Shown piece by piece: positions 27,420-37,596 of a stretch of 64,000 nt of DNA (position 1 is its first letter; each line of letters opens with the position of its first letter). The stretch lies in contig CAZWNC010000001.1 of NCBI GenBank assembly GCA_964635195.1, forward strand, positions 1,312-65,311, given 5' to 3'. Both the position numbers and the translations under genes were made by a program. The stretch comes from an uncultured Candidatus Saccharibacteria bacterium. Lineage in GTDB: Bacteria > Patescibacteriota > Minisyncoccia > Phycocordibacterales > UBA12088. A model generated the notes under the pieces. The model was not told the origin of the DNA and searched no databases. It saw only the letters and a program-made list of their open reading frames with translations.

Positions 27420-29174
27420 GTGCGGCAACGGCAAGGGAGACATTGTGGAAAAGTGTGTTCATGTGTGGAGTGTGCTAGTCTGTTAGGCATGACACAAGAT
27501 GAGGCCTTTGCGATACTGTGTATGGGTAAAAACGTGTTTTTGACCGGTGCGGCGGGGAGTGGCAAGACCTACGTCATCAACCGCTACGTACGATGGTTGC
27601 GTGAGCGCGGTATCGAGCCAGCTGTCACTGCGTCAACGGGGATTGCCGCTACACACATCGGGGGTCAAACGATCCACAGTTGGTCGGGAATCGGAGTAAA
27701 AGAGTACCTTGGTCCATACGAACTCGATCACATTGCGCAGAACGAACGCTTGGTCAAGCGCTTTCAAGGCACGCAGGTACTTATTATCGATGAAGTATCG
27801 ATGCTTGCCGGCAATACGCTTGGTCTTGTGGATCAGGCATTGCGCGCAGGCCTTTCCAAGGAAGAGCCGTTCGGAGGTCTGCAGGTGATACTGTGTGGTG
27901 ATTTTTTTCAGCTACCCCCGGTGGTACGAGGAAATGGCATGATGCAGTTTGCGTTTCAGAGTGATGCGTGGCATGCGCTTGGGCTCGTCGTATGCTATCT
28001 CCATGAACAATACCGCCAGGATGACGAAGCACTGCTTGCAATTTTGAACGGTATTCGAGCAGGTGATGTATCACACGCACTCCGTGCAATGCTCGAAATG
28101 CGTATCGGATGTGTTTCCCCAACCGAGGTTCCCCATCTCTACACACACAATGTCGACGTCGACCGTTTAAATACTGAGCGCCTCGCTCTTTTAGAGGGTC
28201 CTGCACGTTCGTACCATATGCGTACCAAGGGAAGCAAAAAACACCTTGAATTGCTCAAGCGCGGTACGATGGTGCCTGAAGTATTGCAAATCAAAGAAGG
28301 TGCGGTGGTGATGTGCATCAAGAACCATCCACAAGGTAAATATGTGAACGGAACATTGGGTACGGTCGTGCGTTTTGCCGGAATTGGAAACCCTGTAATA
28401 GTGACACGTGCCGGCGTTGAGCTCGAAATAGAAGAAGATAGTTGGAAGATGGAAGATGGTGACAAAGTAAAGGCGGAGCTTATACAAATCCCTCTTCGTC
28501 TCGCATGGGCGGTTACTGTGCACAAGAGCCAAGGGCTTACTCTTGATGCGGCACAAATTGACCTGCGTAAGACGTTTGTCGAGGGGCAGGGCTATGTGTC
28601 ACTCTCGCGGGTTCGCTCACTCACCGGTCTCTATCTTGAAGGAATATCCGAGCTTGCCTACGGGAGACACCCTGCGGTTGCCGAGGCAGATCAATTTTTT
28701 ATTGCAGCATCCGACATGAGTGTGCGACGACTCACAGTAACTTCGCAGGAACGAGTGTTAGAACTGACGAATGAGTTCATTCGCTCGTGTGGAGGCCACC
28801 TGCCGGATCCGAAACGGAGCGCGGTAAAGAGTAAAAAGGGGGCAAAAGAGGGGACATATGACAAAACGTTACGTATGGTCCGTGAGCACATGAGCATACA
28901 AGAAATTGCCGATGAGCGTGAGTACAGTGAAGATACAATCATGACACACATCGAACGCTTGATGCGTCAAGGTGTTTTGAGTACAAAAGATATAGCATAT
29001 CTTGCCCCAAACGATGATTCATTCGAAGCTGTTTTGAAGGAAGTCGCAGAGGCCTTTGAAACACTGGGGGTATGGAATCTTGCGCCGGTGCGTGCACACC
29101 TCGATGACCGTTTTAGTTACCCGGAACTCCGTTTCCTGCGTCTCTTCGTACAGAAGAGCGACGGCGTTGCGTGA
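27420..29174 (+). CDS. PIF1/RecD-like superfamily-1 helicase with C-terminal HTH-like domain
   Basis: Walker A GAAGSGKT, Walker B LIIDEVSM, C-terminal helicase motif VTVHKSQGLTLD, then a helix-turn-helix-like tail. True start may be M at 27489. Confidence 0.75.
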   Translation: MRQRQGRHCGKVCSCVECASLLGMTQDEAFAILCMGKNVFLTGAAGSGKTYVINRYVRWLRERGIEPAVTASTGIAATHIGGQTIHSWSGIGVKEYLGPYELDHIAQNERLVKRFQGTQVLIIDEVSMLAGNTLGLVDQALRAGLSKEEPFGGLQVILCGDFFQLPPVVRGNGMMQFAFQSDAWHALGLVVCYLHEQYRQDDEALLAILNGIRAGDVSHALRAMLEMRIGCVSPTEVPHLYTHNVDVDRLNTERLALLEGPARSYHMRTKGSKKHLELLKRGTMVPEVLQIKEGAVVMCIKNHPQGKYVNGTLGTVVRFAGIGNPVIVTRAGVELEIEEDSWKMEDGDKVKAELIQIPLRLAWAVTVHKSQGLTLDAAQIDLRKTFVEGQGYVSLSRVRSLTGLYLEGISELAYGRHPAVAEADQFFIAASDMSVRRLTVTSQERVLELTNEFIRSCGGHLPDPKRSAVKSKKGAKEGTYDKTLRMVREHMSIQEIADEREYSEDTIMTHIERLMRQGVLSTKDIAYLAPNDDSFEAVLKEVAEAFETLGVWNLAPVRAHLDDRFSYPELRFLRLFVQKSDGVA

Positions 29175-29209
29175 AGGGGACGCTCCGACGTCTTTTCCTA
29201 CGCGTCCCA

Positions 29210-30130
29210 TTAGTGGAGGAGTGAGCGGTATATATCTTCGAGCGCCTTTACGGCATCACCGACCGCGATGTTGTTTTGTGCGTAGAGGCAGTCTGTGCAG
29301 TCCCCTGCAGCCCACACACCCCCGCATGATGTTTGTTGTGTGCGAGGATCTACCTTTACGTGTCCGTAGGGATCACGTTCGGCGACGTCTTTAATCATGT
29401 CTGTATTTGGTATGGTTCCGATTTCCACAAAGACGCCCTGGACGGGGAGTGTATGCACTTCGTTTGACACAAGGTCTCGATAAGTGACACCGGTAACCAT
29501 GCGGTCACCCTGTATCTCAGTAATCTCCGCATTCACCAAACCTCGCATGTTTTCGTGCGCGAGCACTTTCTCTACGGTGATGGGTTCCGCACGGTAGCTT
29601 GGGTTTCGTTCAAGTAAGGTGACACTTTTTGCGTATGCGAGGAGTTGTGCAGCGGATTCAAACCCGGCGTTTCCGCCACCTACAACGACGACATCCATAC
29701 CTCCAAAAAGCGGACCATCACAGGTTGCACAGTAGGTGACCCCTTTGTGTTCAAATACGTCTGCCCCCGGTACGGTAAGTGTTCGTCTGCGTGCACCAGA
29801 CGCCACCAAGACCGCTCGTGCTGTGCAGGTGCTCGTGTCACTCAGGGTGACCGTGAACGCACCCTGAGATCCGGTTACTTTCTCGACGGTTACCCCCTCT
29901 TTCATGGTAACGTATGTTCCTGCATATGCGTACGCGTGCTGCTTTAGTTGTTGAGCGAGGGCTTCTCCCGGAATTTCGACCGTACCAATCCAATTTTGTA
30001 TCCCGGGCGACACAATGCTTTGTCCACCCCAGTCTTTGGTAACAAGAATCGTGCTTAGTTTTTTGCGCCCTGCGTACACGGCTGCCGCACAAGCTGCTGG
30101 TCCGCCACCTATGATGATGAGGTCGTGCAT
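29210..30130 (-). CDS. trxB: Thioredoxin-disulfide reductase
   Basis: LIIIGGGPAACAAAVYAGR FAD motif, redox CATCDG, second Rossmann VVVVGGGNAG. Track ORF has a 33-aa N-terminal extension. Confidence 0.85.
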   Translation of the reverse strand: MHDLIIIGGGPAACAAAVYAGRKKLSTILVTKDWGGQSIVSPGIQNWIGTVEIPGEALAQQLKQHAYAYAGTYVTMKEGVTVEKVTGSQGAFTVTLSDTSTCTARAVLVASGARRRTLTVPGADVFEHKGVTYCATCDGPLFGGMDVVVVGGGNAGFESAAQLLAYAKSVTLLERNPSYRAEPITVEKVLAHENMRGLVNAEITEIQGDRMVTGVTYRDLVSNEVHTLPVQGVFVEIGTIPNTDMIKDVAERDPYGHVKVDPRTQQTSCGGVWAAGDCTDCLYAQNNIAVGDAVKALEDIYRSLLH

Positions 30131-30392
30131 AGTGTGATGATAGTGTGGGTAATGGGTATTGAAGCAGTGTAAGCGAATACTGCGGTCAAACTGCGTGTAT
30201 TGAAGTACCGACAGTACATCGATTCTCACCTACTCGGGCAGTATGAGAACAGTAGGTACTATTGAGGCGGAATGTGTGTGTTTGGAAACACTTACTGACG
30301 TTGATGGAACACACCTTCCAAAGTATAGCACACACGCACGTCCTATACGTGTAGGTGCGAATCACACACAAAGTCACAGAACCAGCGTACCA

Positions 30393-31673
30393 CTACTTGA
30401 TCTTTGATCGACGAAGGAACGGTGGAATACCCCATTCCGAGTCGTCATCGTCCACCTCCGGTGCAGGTGCTGGAGTGGTAGGTGCCGTAGGTGTTTCTTG
30501 AGGAATTTGGTTGCGTGCCGCACGTTTTTCGTCACGTACCGGTTCATCGTTCGGCTCCTTATGTCGTCCGAATGTCGCAATCGGTCGTGGGGTTGTGGGA
30601 CGAATGTCGCGGTTATCGATAAACGTGTTATGGATTTGTCCCGTACGATCGTGGTCATCTCGCTTTTCAACTGATTTTGTGAGGCTGCTGAATGGGGCTT
30701 CGGCATCCGTATGAATGTCCTCAATAAAGCCGGTCGCGATAACGGTGACCTTGATCTCATCTTTTTTGAGCTTGTCGTCACGGAAGGCACCAAATATGAC
30801 ACGCGCATTCGGGTCGATGGTCTCGGTAATCATGCGTGCCGCGTCCTGTATCTCAAGCATACCCAAGTCATCGCCGCCGGCAATCGCAAAGAGAACACCA
30901 CGTGCACCTGAAATGGATACTTCAAGCAGTGGGGAATTGATTGCTCGTTGTGCAGCCTCCTCGGCACGTTTTTCGCCTGAAGCAAGGCCGATTCCCATAA
31001 GTGCTGAGCCTGCATTTTGCATGACAGTCTTGATGTCGGCAAAGTCAACGTTCACGATACCTGGAGTCGTGATGAGGTCGGAAATCCCTTCGACTGCTTG
31101 ACGTAAGACGTCATCGCAGAGAGCAAAGGCATTCAGGACGGACGTATCGCGATCAACAATCGCGAGTAATCGATCGTTCGGTATGGTAATGATGGCGTCC
31201 ACTTCGGCCTTGAGTGCCGCGATACCTTCTTCGGCAGAACGCATGCGCTGCTGTCCTTCAAACGTGAATGGTTTGGTCACCACGCCAACCGTTAAAGCAC
31301 CCGCTTCTTTCGCGAGTTTGGCAATCACCGGTGCCGCCCCGGTGCCGGTGCCGCCTCCCATGCCGCACGCTATAAATACCATGTCTGAGTCACGGAGTGC
31401 TTCCAAAACCTCCTCCTGAGTTTCTTCTGCCGCGCGACGGCCAAAATCAGGGTTACCACCCGCACCAAGACCGCGGGTAAGGTTTTTGCCGACATGGACT
31501 TTCTTTTTCGCTTTTGAATGTTGCAGATCTTGCGCATCGGTATTGATCGCAATGAATTCCACTCCTTTCACATCGGAGTTGATCATGTGGTTGATGGCAT
31601 TGCTTCCTGAACCACCGACCCCTACTACTCGAATGCGTGCGAAAGACTCTACCTCTGGTTGAACTTGCGGCAT
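30393..31673 (-). CDS. ftsZ: Cell division GTPase FtsZ
   Basis: GVGGSGSNAINHM and tubulin signature GGGTGTG. Proline-rich C-terminal linker and conserved C-terminal peptide. Confidence 0.95.
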   Translation of the reverse strand: MPQVQPEVESFARIRVVGVGGSGSNAINHMINSDVKGVEFIAINTDAQDLQHSKAKKKVHVGKNLTRGLGAGGNPDFGRRAAEETQEEVLEALRDSDMVFIACGMGGGTGTGAAPVIAKLAKEAGALTVGVVTKPFTFEGQQRMRSAEEGIAALKAEVDAIITIPNDRLLAIVDRDTSVLNAFALCDDVLRQAVEGISDLITTPGIVNVDFADIKTVMQNAGSALMGIGLASGEKRAEEAAQRAINSPLLEVSISGARGVLFAIAGGDDLGMLEIQDAARMITETIDPNARVIFGAFRDDKLKKDEIKVTVIATGFIEDIHTDAEAPFSSLTKSVEKRDDHDRTGQIHNTFIDNRDIRPTTPRPIATFGRHKEPNDEPVRDEKRAARNQIPQETPTAPTTPAPAPEVDDDDSEWGIPPFLRRSKIK

Positions 31674-31803
31674 ATATGTTGTGTTGCGTGAAGGTTACGT
31701 AGTATGCACTATAGCAAACATATGCAGCGCCGTAACTGTTGACAAAAGACCCTGATGTATCATGCAACATGGGAGAGAAATACCGTGACGGCGTTCGTTT
31801 TGA

Positions 31804-32964
31804 TCACGGGAGGAATTGTTTGAACCACTGGAACGCATCGGAGGCGTTTTCGCGCAAGCTGGAGAGTGTGCTTGTTTGCGCTTCGTTGCGCAGACCCCAA
31901 ATACAGAGGCCGTATGCCACAGCCCAACTTGAATCCTTGAGCTTGGTTGGTTGTGGAATGGTGAGTGTTGCGCGCTTGCTGGGAAGTTTCAGTGCAGCCT
32001 TGGCAATGTCCTCAATCGTTGTGACGCCGGAACCGCCACCTGATATCACAATACCGGCTGGTAGCAGGCCGTTCCTGCCGATTCGTTTCAGGTGAACGTC
32101 AATGAGTCGGAATATATCAGTGAGACGATTTGTAATGATCTCTTCCAGACGTTTTTGTGTACCGAGTGGCGCGCTCTGTGCACCGATTTTCGCGTCCTCA
32201 GCGTCTTCAAGTGATAGCTTAAGACCAAGCGCAATGTCATGTGTAATCGTGGTTGATCCCACAGGGAACACACGCACGCTGATAGGGGTCTCGTTCTCAA
32301 AGACCGCTATCGAAACGGTCTCAGCCCCGATGTTTACGAGGACGACGCCCGCAATTTTTTGTGCTTTTGTAAGTGTGACAAAACTGCCGGCCATGGGACT
32401 TGCCATGACGTCTGTTACCGATATGCCAAGTTCCTCCACCGCGGCGATAAGATCGTTCACGTGTTGCTCAAGACTTGATACGAAAAGAGTTTCCACTTCG
32501 AGTTTCGTACCTTTCATGCCTGCCGGTCTCCCGAGTACGCGGTCGCCATCCAATCGATACGCGAGCGGTATTGCATGGATTACTTTGCGGTTGGTAAGAC
32601 GAGTGGCAATTTTACGCTCACTTTCTTCGAGTACGTTTTTGACGTCCTGCTCACTCACTTCACCGTCTGCCCGTGACACAATAATCTCTGCACGGGAACG
32701 ATACTCCTCAAGACCGATGCCGCCTATTGAGAGAAAGGCACGACGAACAGCGACACCGGATTCTTTTTCCGCTTGTGAGATGGCAGTCTGTAGGGTGCGT
32801 ACCATATCGTCCTTATTGATGATGTATCCATGACGAATCCCGCGAGATTGTGCATGGCCGGTGCCGAGAATGACCGGTCGTTGATCTTTTTTTGAACTGG
32901 ACGCAATCACAACCTTGACCTGGTAGGTGCCTATATCGATGCCGACAGCGAAGGTTTGTGACAT
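31804..32964 (-). CDS. ftsA: Cell division protein FtsA
   Basis: Actin-fold ATPase. N-terminus VGIDIGTYQVKVV. Immediately upstream of ftsZ in the canonical order. Confidence 0.9.
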   Translation of the reverse strand: MSQTFAVGIDIGTYQVKVVIASSSKKDQRPVILGTGHAQSRGIRHGYIINKDDMVRTLQTAISQAEKESGVAVRRAFLSIGGIGLEEYRSRAEIIVSRADGEVSEQDVKNVLEESERKIATRLTNRKVIHAIPLAYRLDGDRVLGRPAGMKGTKLEVETLFVSSLEQHVNDLIAAVEELGISVTDVMASPMAGSFVTLTKAQKIAGVVLVNIGAETVSIAVFENETPISVRVFPVGSTTITHDIALGLKLSLEDAEDAKIGAQSAPLGTQKRLEEIITNRLTDIFRLIDVHLKRIGRNGLLPAGIVISGGGSGVTTIEDIAKAALKLPSKRATLTIPQPTKLKDSSWAVAYGLCIWGLRNEAQTSTLSSLRENASDAFQWFKQFLP

Positions 32965-33041
32965 GGTGGTGTATATAAAGAGCGATTGACGCGACGTCCA
33001 TCACCACTCATCTGAAGGTGACACAGTTTGGGAGAACGATT

Positions 33042-33437
33042 TTATGTAATACCAAATTGCTCAATGAGCTCTCGCTCCATACGCTCCATTGTACTCCCAT
33101 GATGGTTACCCTTCAAATGAAGACAACCGTGGATAAGCAAATAACGCAGGTGACCCTCGGGAGAAAGCTCAAACAATCGACACTCGCGAGTAATGCGTGC
33201 GATGTTCAAATATATTTCCCCGGAACGCTCATCAAGGGGAAAGGAAAGGACGTTCGGAGAGTAATCTTTGTTTCGGTAGGTTCGATTGAGCGTTCGTGCG
33301 CGCGTATCACCCACGATCACAATGGATAGGGTATAGGTTTCGCCAAGGATATGGCTCGCAATAGCACAAAGACCCGAAGTGTCCACATTCCTTCGTACGA
33401 CACTCGTGGTCACACAATGCGACGCGCAATCCGTCAT
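33042..33437 (-). CDS. ybeY: rRNA maturation endoribonuclease YbeY
   Basis: C-terminal HGCLHLKGNHH zinc-binding motif. About 131 aa from the internal Met. The track ORF 33042..33587 overlaps rpsU. Confidence 0.7.
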   Translation of the reverse strand: MTDCASHCVTTSVVRRNVDTSGLCAIASHILGETYTLSIVIVGDTRARTLNRTYRNKDYSPNVLSFPLDERSGEIYLNIARITRECRLFELSPEGHLRYLLIHGCLHLKGNHHGSTMERMERELIEQFGIT

Positions 33438-33441
33438 ACTT

Positions 33442-33687
33442 TTAACGGCGCTTCTTTTTTGTTTGTGGCTCACGGCCGAGTTTGTAGAGTGCGAGGTATT
33501 CTTCGGTGCGCTTGATGCGAGTAAGTGCGTCAAGCTTTTTTCGTGCTGCAGAAAGTGCTCTTCCGTGGTACCGCAAAGACCGGACACGCTTCACGACACC
33601 GCCTCCTTGTGCCTTGCGGGTAAAGCGACGCATCATGCCGAGTACGTTTTCATTACCGTGCCGTACGACTTCAGTGTGAACTATCAT
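33442..33687 (-). CDS. rpsU: 30S ribosomal protein S21
   Basis: MIVHTEVVRHGNENVLGMMRRFTRK... basic C-terminus, typical S21 pattern. Start chosen at internal Met. Confidence 0.65.
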   Translation of the reverse strand: MIVHTEVVRHGNENVLGMMRRFTRKAQGGGVVKRVRSLRYHGRALSAARKKLDALTRIKRTEEYLALYKLGREPQTKKKRR

Positions 33688-33796
33688 AGTGAGGGGATTG
33701 TACCATGGGTACATGCGACACGCAAGCGGAGCAAATACTCAAGGATAACACGTTTAAAATAGTTGGCGTATGTCCACTATTTGTTACCAAGTATAC

Positions 33797-34978
33797 TCAA
33801 ACTACCGCTCTTACGAAGTCCGTGAGCGTTGCGAGGGGGATTGTCTTTTGCGACCGGTCGCTTACATCTCGAATCACGACTACGTTGTCGTGAACCTCAC
33901 GTTGACCAAGTATGATAATATATCGAGCTCCTCGAGACTCCGCGTAGGCGACTTGCTCAGAAAAACGTTCAAACTGGAGACATTGTCCGATTGGGATTCG
34001 CGCACGTCGGAACGCTTCGATGATTGATATACTCTTGATACGTGCCTCGCGACCGATATGCACAAGGCACGTGGAAGGTTTTTTGACGCGCAGGCGTGCT
34101 ATCGGGTCGGTCGATTCCGTATGACCGGTTGGGAAAGCGATGACGACACCTGTCGCGGGAACCGCAGAGCGCGCATGTGAACGGGTGAGCGTATCGTATC
34201 GTCCACCGCGAGCAAGAATGGTCGGGCTTGTACCTGGCGCAGGAGCAGTACTAACGAATTCAAAGATCGTGTGGGCGTACATGTTCTGATTTCCGTAGAG
34301 CATGTCGTCGATTTCAAACGGTATACCCGTTTGTTCCAGGAGTTCGAGAATTTGTTTAAAATGGCGACGGCTGGGGGCGGTCAAAAATTCGATAGGGCGT
34401 GGCAACGTCTCCGTTATGGGATGTCGTTCCTCGTAGCATTGTGCTATCGCAGCACGGACGTCCTGTCGAAGTAGCTCTGAAAGTGGGGGCGGTAGATCCT
34501 TGGCGACCTGACGGAGTTTTGTGCCGACTTCACGTACAAAACGAGTTGCCGAATCGCTATCACCAAGACTGTTAATGCGTAACACGCTGTTTGCGTTGCC
34601 GAGTTCCTCAAGGATGGTTGCCGCGCTTTTCATGACGACAATCTCAGTAAGTGGGTCGGGCGAGCCGATGGCGTTCAAAGTGATTGCGGAGAGTGTTGAT
34701 CCGGGAGTACCGGCATGCCGCACGAGTGAGGGTGTATAGAAGAGTACAGCGTTTCGCTTGCGAAGTTCGATAGACTCGGTCAAGCGGGAGAGTGCGTACT
34801 CAATGACATGCGAGTCTATTTTGCCATGTCCGGCAAGTGGTGTTTCAACTGTGTATGGGCTTTCGCATGGAGGGCGTTCGTGAAGCGCAAGGTCGTCCAC
34901 GTTGCAAAACCCATAATGTTCCGCGACCGCCATGGCGCGTTTAAAGAAAGTCTGTGTTGCGAGTGGTGTTGACCTCAT
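33797..34978 (-). CDS. hisS: Histidyl-tRNA synthetase (class II; compact)
   Basis: HisRS motif 3 GGRYD, class II core, C-terminal anticodon-binding-like region. 393 aa (HisZ-like paralog not fully excluded). Confidence 0.75.
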   Translation of the reverse strand: MRSTPLATQTFFKRAMAVAEHYGFCNVDDLALHERPPCESPYTVETPLAGHGKIDSHVIEYALSRLTESIELRKRNAVLFYTPSLVRHAGTPGSTLSAITLNAIGSPDPLTEIVVMKSAATILEELGNANSVLRINSLGDSDSATRFVREVGTKLRQVAKDLPPPLSELLRQDVRAAIAQCYEERHPITETLPRPIEFLTAPSRRHFKQILELLEQTGIPFEIDDMLYGNQNMYAHTIFEFVSTAPAPGTSPTILARGGRYDTLTRSHARSAVPATGVVIAFPTGHTESTDPIARLRVKKPSTCLVHIGREARIKSISIIEAFRRARIPIGQCLQFERFSEQVAYAESRGARYIIILGQREVHDNVVVIRDVSDRSQKTIPLATLTDFVRAVV

Positions 34979-34987
34979 GAGACACGG

Positions 34988-35656
34988 TTAGGAAGTGGGT
35001 GTTTCAGTGGAGTATATGTAGCTGCCCGGAAATATCCCGAAGTGTGTTGGAGGAAGAAGGCGCATGAATGCTCTCCCTATGATGTTTTCACGAGGTACCG
35101 GCCCCCAGTTCCTCGAATCCGAGCTCGCCCCGCGATTGTCGCCCATCACGAAATATTCATCTGAAGAAAGTCGTATAGTGATGTGCTCGTCCGTTCGATC
35201 GGTCTTTAAGTAGGGCTCGTCAAGAGTTGTGCGTGCTCCGTCAGATGTGTCGATTATTGTGGTGATGCCATTCGCAAGCTCAACCGTTTCGCCGGGAAGA
35301 CCGATGACACGTTTTATAAAGAATTTTGACGGTTCGTTAGGGTATCGAAAGATGATCACATCTCCTCGCTGCGGTTGCTCAATGTGATAGGTCGCTCGAT
35401 CCACGATAAGGTACTCGCCAGTTTCAAAAGTGGGTGCCATTGACGCACCGCTCACGATGAATGGCTGTGCGACATACATACGAAACGGAATGACAATTGC
35501 GAGCGCAAGTATGGAGAACTTGAACACCTCCGTGATGATGTTTCCTTGTTTTTGTTCGGGTTCTTCCCATGTTGGCACATCAGCGGAGTCGTCTGATAAT
35601 CTTGCGTGGACGGATGCCTGGTACGCGGTACGCGGTTGTATGTTGAGTGGATCCAT
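34988..35656 (-). CDS. lepB: Signal peptidase I
   Basis: VSGASMAPTF Ser box, GDNRGASSDSRNWGPVP box, N-terminal TM helix. Confidence 0.85.
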   Translation of the reverse strand: MDPLNIQPRTAYQASVHARLSDDSADVPTWEEPEQKQGNIITEVFKFSILALAIVIPFRMYVAQPFIVSGASMAPTFETGEYLIVDRATYHIEQPQRGDVIIFRYPNEPSKFFIKRVIGLPGETVELANGITTIIDTSDGARTTLDEPYLKTDRTDEHITIRLSSDEYFVMGDNRGASSDSRNWGPVPRENIIGRAFMRLLPPTHFGIFPGSYIYSTETPTS

Positions 35657-35828
35657 AAGAACAAGGAGAAAAGATTGCGACGTGCTCAGTATACCACAAA
35701 AAACGCGTGTGCAAGGTTACTTCCCGTAAGACAGTAGTTGCATTGCATGCAGGGATCATGTCCGTGTCCGTTTCTAAGTCGATGACCATCTTTCTCCTTT
35801 TTGATTTCTCTCGTATACTTCGTAGTGT

Positions 35829-36452
35829 ATGGAGTATCTTTTGATCGGCCTCGGTAACCCCGGTGAAGCGTACGCAACGAGTCGACATAACCTCGGGAGG
35901 GTTGCGCTCGAGCGAATGTATGACAGGTGTGCGGGTGTGTCGTGGCGTACTGATACCCACGCGCATGCACGAGTGGCACGAGGGGTCACCCCGGCCGGTA
36001 CGAGCGTTACATTTTTACTGCCCGATACCTTCATGAACCGTTCGGGCGTGGCGGTGCGGCCATTCGTCGAGCGTGTTGAAGATCTTGAGCATGTCATTGT
36101 CCTGCATGACGATATCGACTTGCCGGAGGGAACAGTCAAAATCGCGTTTGATCGAGGATCAGGTGGACACAACGGCGTTCGTTCTATTGAGAGGATGTTT
36201 GCAAGTAAGGCCTTTGTTCGCGTGCGTATCGGTATAGCACCTGTGGCAACGGACGGTACAATCTCCAAGCCTGCAAAAGGAAACGAGCTTGACGACTTCG
36301 TGCTTCGTGCGCTTCGGGGTGCTGCATGGGACAACCTTCTTTCTGTTGCAGACATAGCGGCGAGTGCGACAATCGCGATTATTGATGAGGGGAGAGAAGC
36401 GGCGATGTTACGTTTTCATAGTACCGCAGTAGCGTCTCGTCCTGCAGCATAA
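35829..36452 (+). CDS. pth: Peptidyl-tRNA hydrolase
   Basis: LLIGLGNPGEAYATSRHNLG N-terminal signature. Confidence 0.9.
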   Translation: MEYLLIGLGNPGEAYATSRHNLGRVALERMYDRCAGVSWRTDTHAHARVARGVTPAGTSVTFLLPDTFMNRSGVAVRPFVERVEDLEHVIVLHDDIDLPEGTVKIAFDRGSGGHNGVRSIERMFASKAFVRVRIGIAPVATDGTISKPAKGNELDDFVLRALRGAAWDNLLSVADIAASATIAIIDEGREAAMLRFHSTAVASRPAA

Positions 36453-36579
36453 AGGATGTGTGACATTTTGCTTTGGGACACTTTGCACGTATTATGTTTG
36501 CTAGTGATACGCCCTTGCGATCTATGGCGGTACTGGAGTGTCTCGGTATAGAATACAAAGAATCCTAATTATAATACAT

Positions 36580-36987
36580 ATGAAACAGTATAAATCGCTC
36601 GTGTTTACATTTATCGCAACTGCAATCATAGTCGGTGCGTTTGTTGGTGTGTTCTACGTCATGGGTGAACGTTCTGACGTGTCTTCAAAGGATACCGAAG
36701 GATTGGCTGCGCTCGCGACATGCCTTACTGAACGTGGGGCAAAGTTTTATGGATCGTTCACGTGTCCACACTGCCAAGAGCAGAAGAAAGATTTTGGAGA
36801 TGCGGTAGGTATGGTTCCGTATATCGAGTGCAGCACTCCTGACGGTCGAGAGCAAATGCAGGTGTGTGCCGACGCGGGGATTACCGCCTATCCCACTTGG
36901 GTCTTTGCGAACGGTGAGCAAGTGATGGGCAGAGTCACGCTTTCCAGTTTGGCGGAGGCAACAGGGTGTCCTGTTCCTGTGCAGTAA
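36580..36987 (+). CDS. Membrane-anchored thioredoxin-fold protein (CxxC, DsbA/Trx-like)
   Basis: N-terminal TM helix, FTCPHCQEQK redox motif. Immediately upstream of the VKOR gene. Confidence 0.6.
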   Translation: MKQYKSLVFTFIATAIIVGAFVGVFYVMGERSDVSSKDTEGLAALATCLTERGAKFYGSFTCPHCQEQKKDFGDAVGMVPYIECSTPDGREQMQVCADAGITAYPTWVFANGEQVMGRVTLSSLAEATGCPVPVQ

Positions 36988-36993
36988 ACACGT

Positions 36994-37530
36994 ATGGAAC
37001 CTTACGCAGCCTCGCTCACCTACCTTTTCTCGGTGATTATCGTGTGTCTCGACGTGGTCGTCGTGTTCTTGGCGGTATCGCGTGGTGTCATGCGGATGTG
37101 GTTGCCGCCCGCATTCGATCGCGTCTTGTTGCGGTACATTTTGCCCTTCGCGAGCGTGAGTGCACTTATGGGAGTGCTTTTGTCACTTTTCTATTCGGAA
37201 ATTGTCGGTTTTTCGGTCTGCGTCTTGTGCTGGTTGTCGCGAGCGATGCTTTTCCCGTATGCTCTCATAGCGAGTGTTGCGTGGGTGCGTAGGGATGTTC
37301 AAGTGTGGCCTTATCTCTTGTCACTAGCGGTAGTGGGTATGATGATTACGTTGTACCATCACCTGTACCAGATGGGTGTGACGGCGGGGACGCTCTGTAC
37401 CACCTTTGCCAACGGGGGTGATTGTGCGGCGCGGTATGTCTTTGAGTTTGGGTTTGTCACTATGCCCTGGATGGGCTTCACGCTTTTCACTGTACTCGCA
37501 TTCCTTGCGTGGCGGATGCGGGAGCGGTAG
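36994..37530 (+). CDS. Vitamin K epoxide reductase (VKOR)-family membrane protein
   Basis: Multi-TM protein with CVLC active-site-like CxxC and additional Cys pair. Classic pairing with a Trx-like partner. Confidence 0.55.
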   Translation: MEPYAASLTYLFSVIIVCLDVVVVFLAVSRGVMRMWLPPAFDRVLLRYILPFASVSALMGVLLSLFYSEIVGFSVCVLCWLSRAMLFPYALIASVAWVRRDVQVWPYLLSLAVVGMMITLYHHLYQMGVTAGTLCTTFANGGDCAARYVFEFGFVTMPWMGFTLFTVLAFLAWRMRER

Positions 37531-37596
37531 GATGCGGTGTGGCATGCTACGCGCGCTCGCGCGCGACTCCGCGTACTGTTCGCACTTGTGCACCCT

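Noticed and set aside
32102-32833. 243-aa plus-strand ORF inside ftsA
   Set aside because: Antisense to the canonical FtsA frame. Ser/Ala-rich translation with no motifs.
35774-36355. 193-aa minus ORF overlapping pth
   Set aside because: The Pth N-terminal signature on the plus strand is canonical. The minus ORF is Ser/Arg/Thr-rich antisense.
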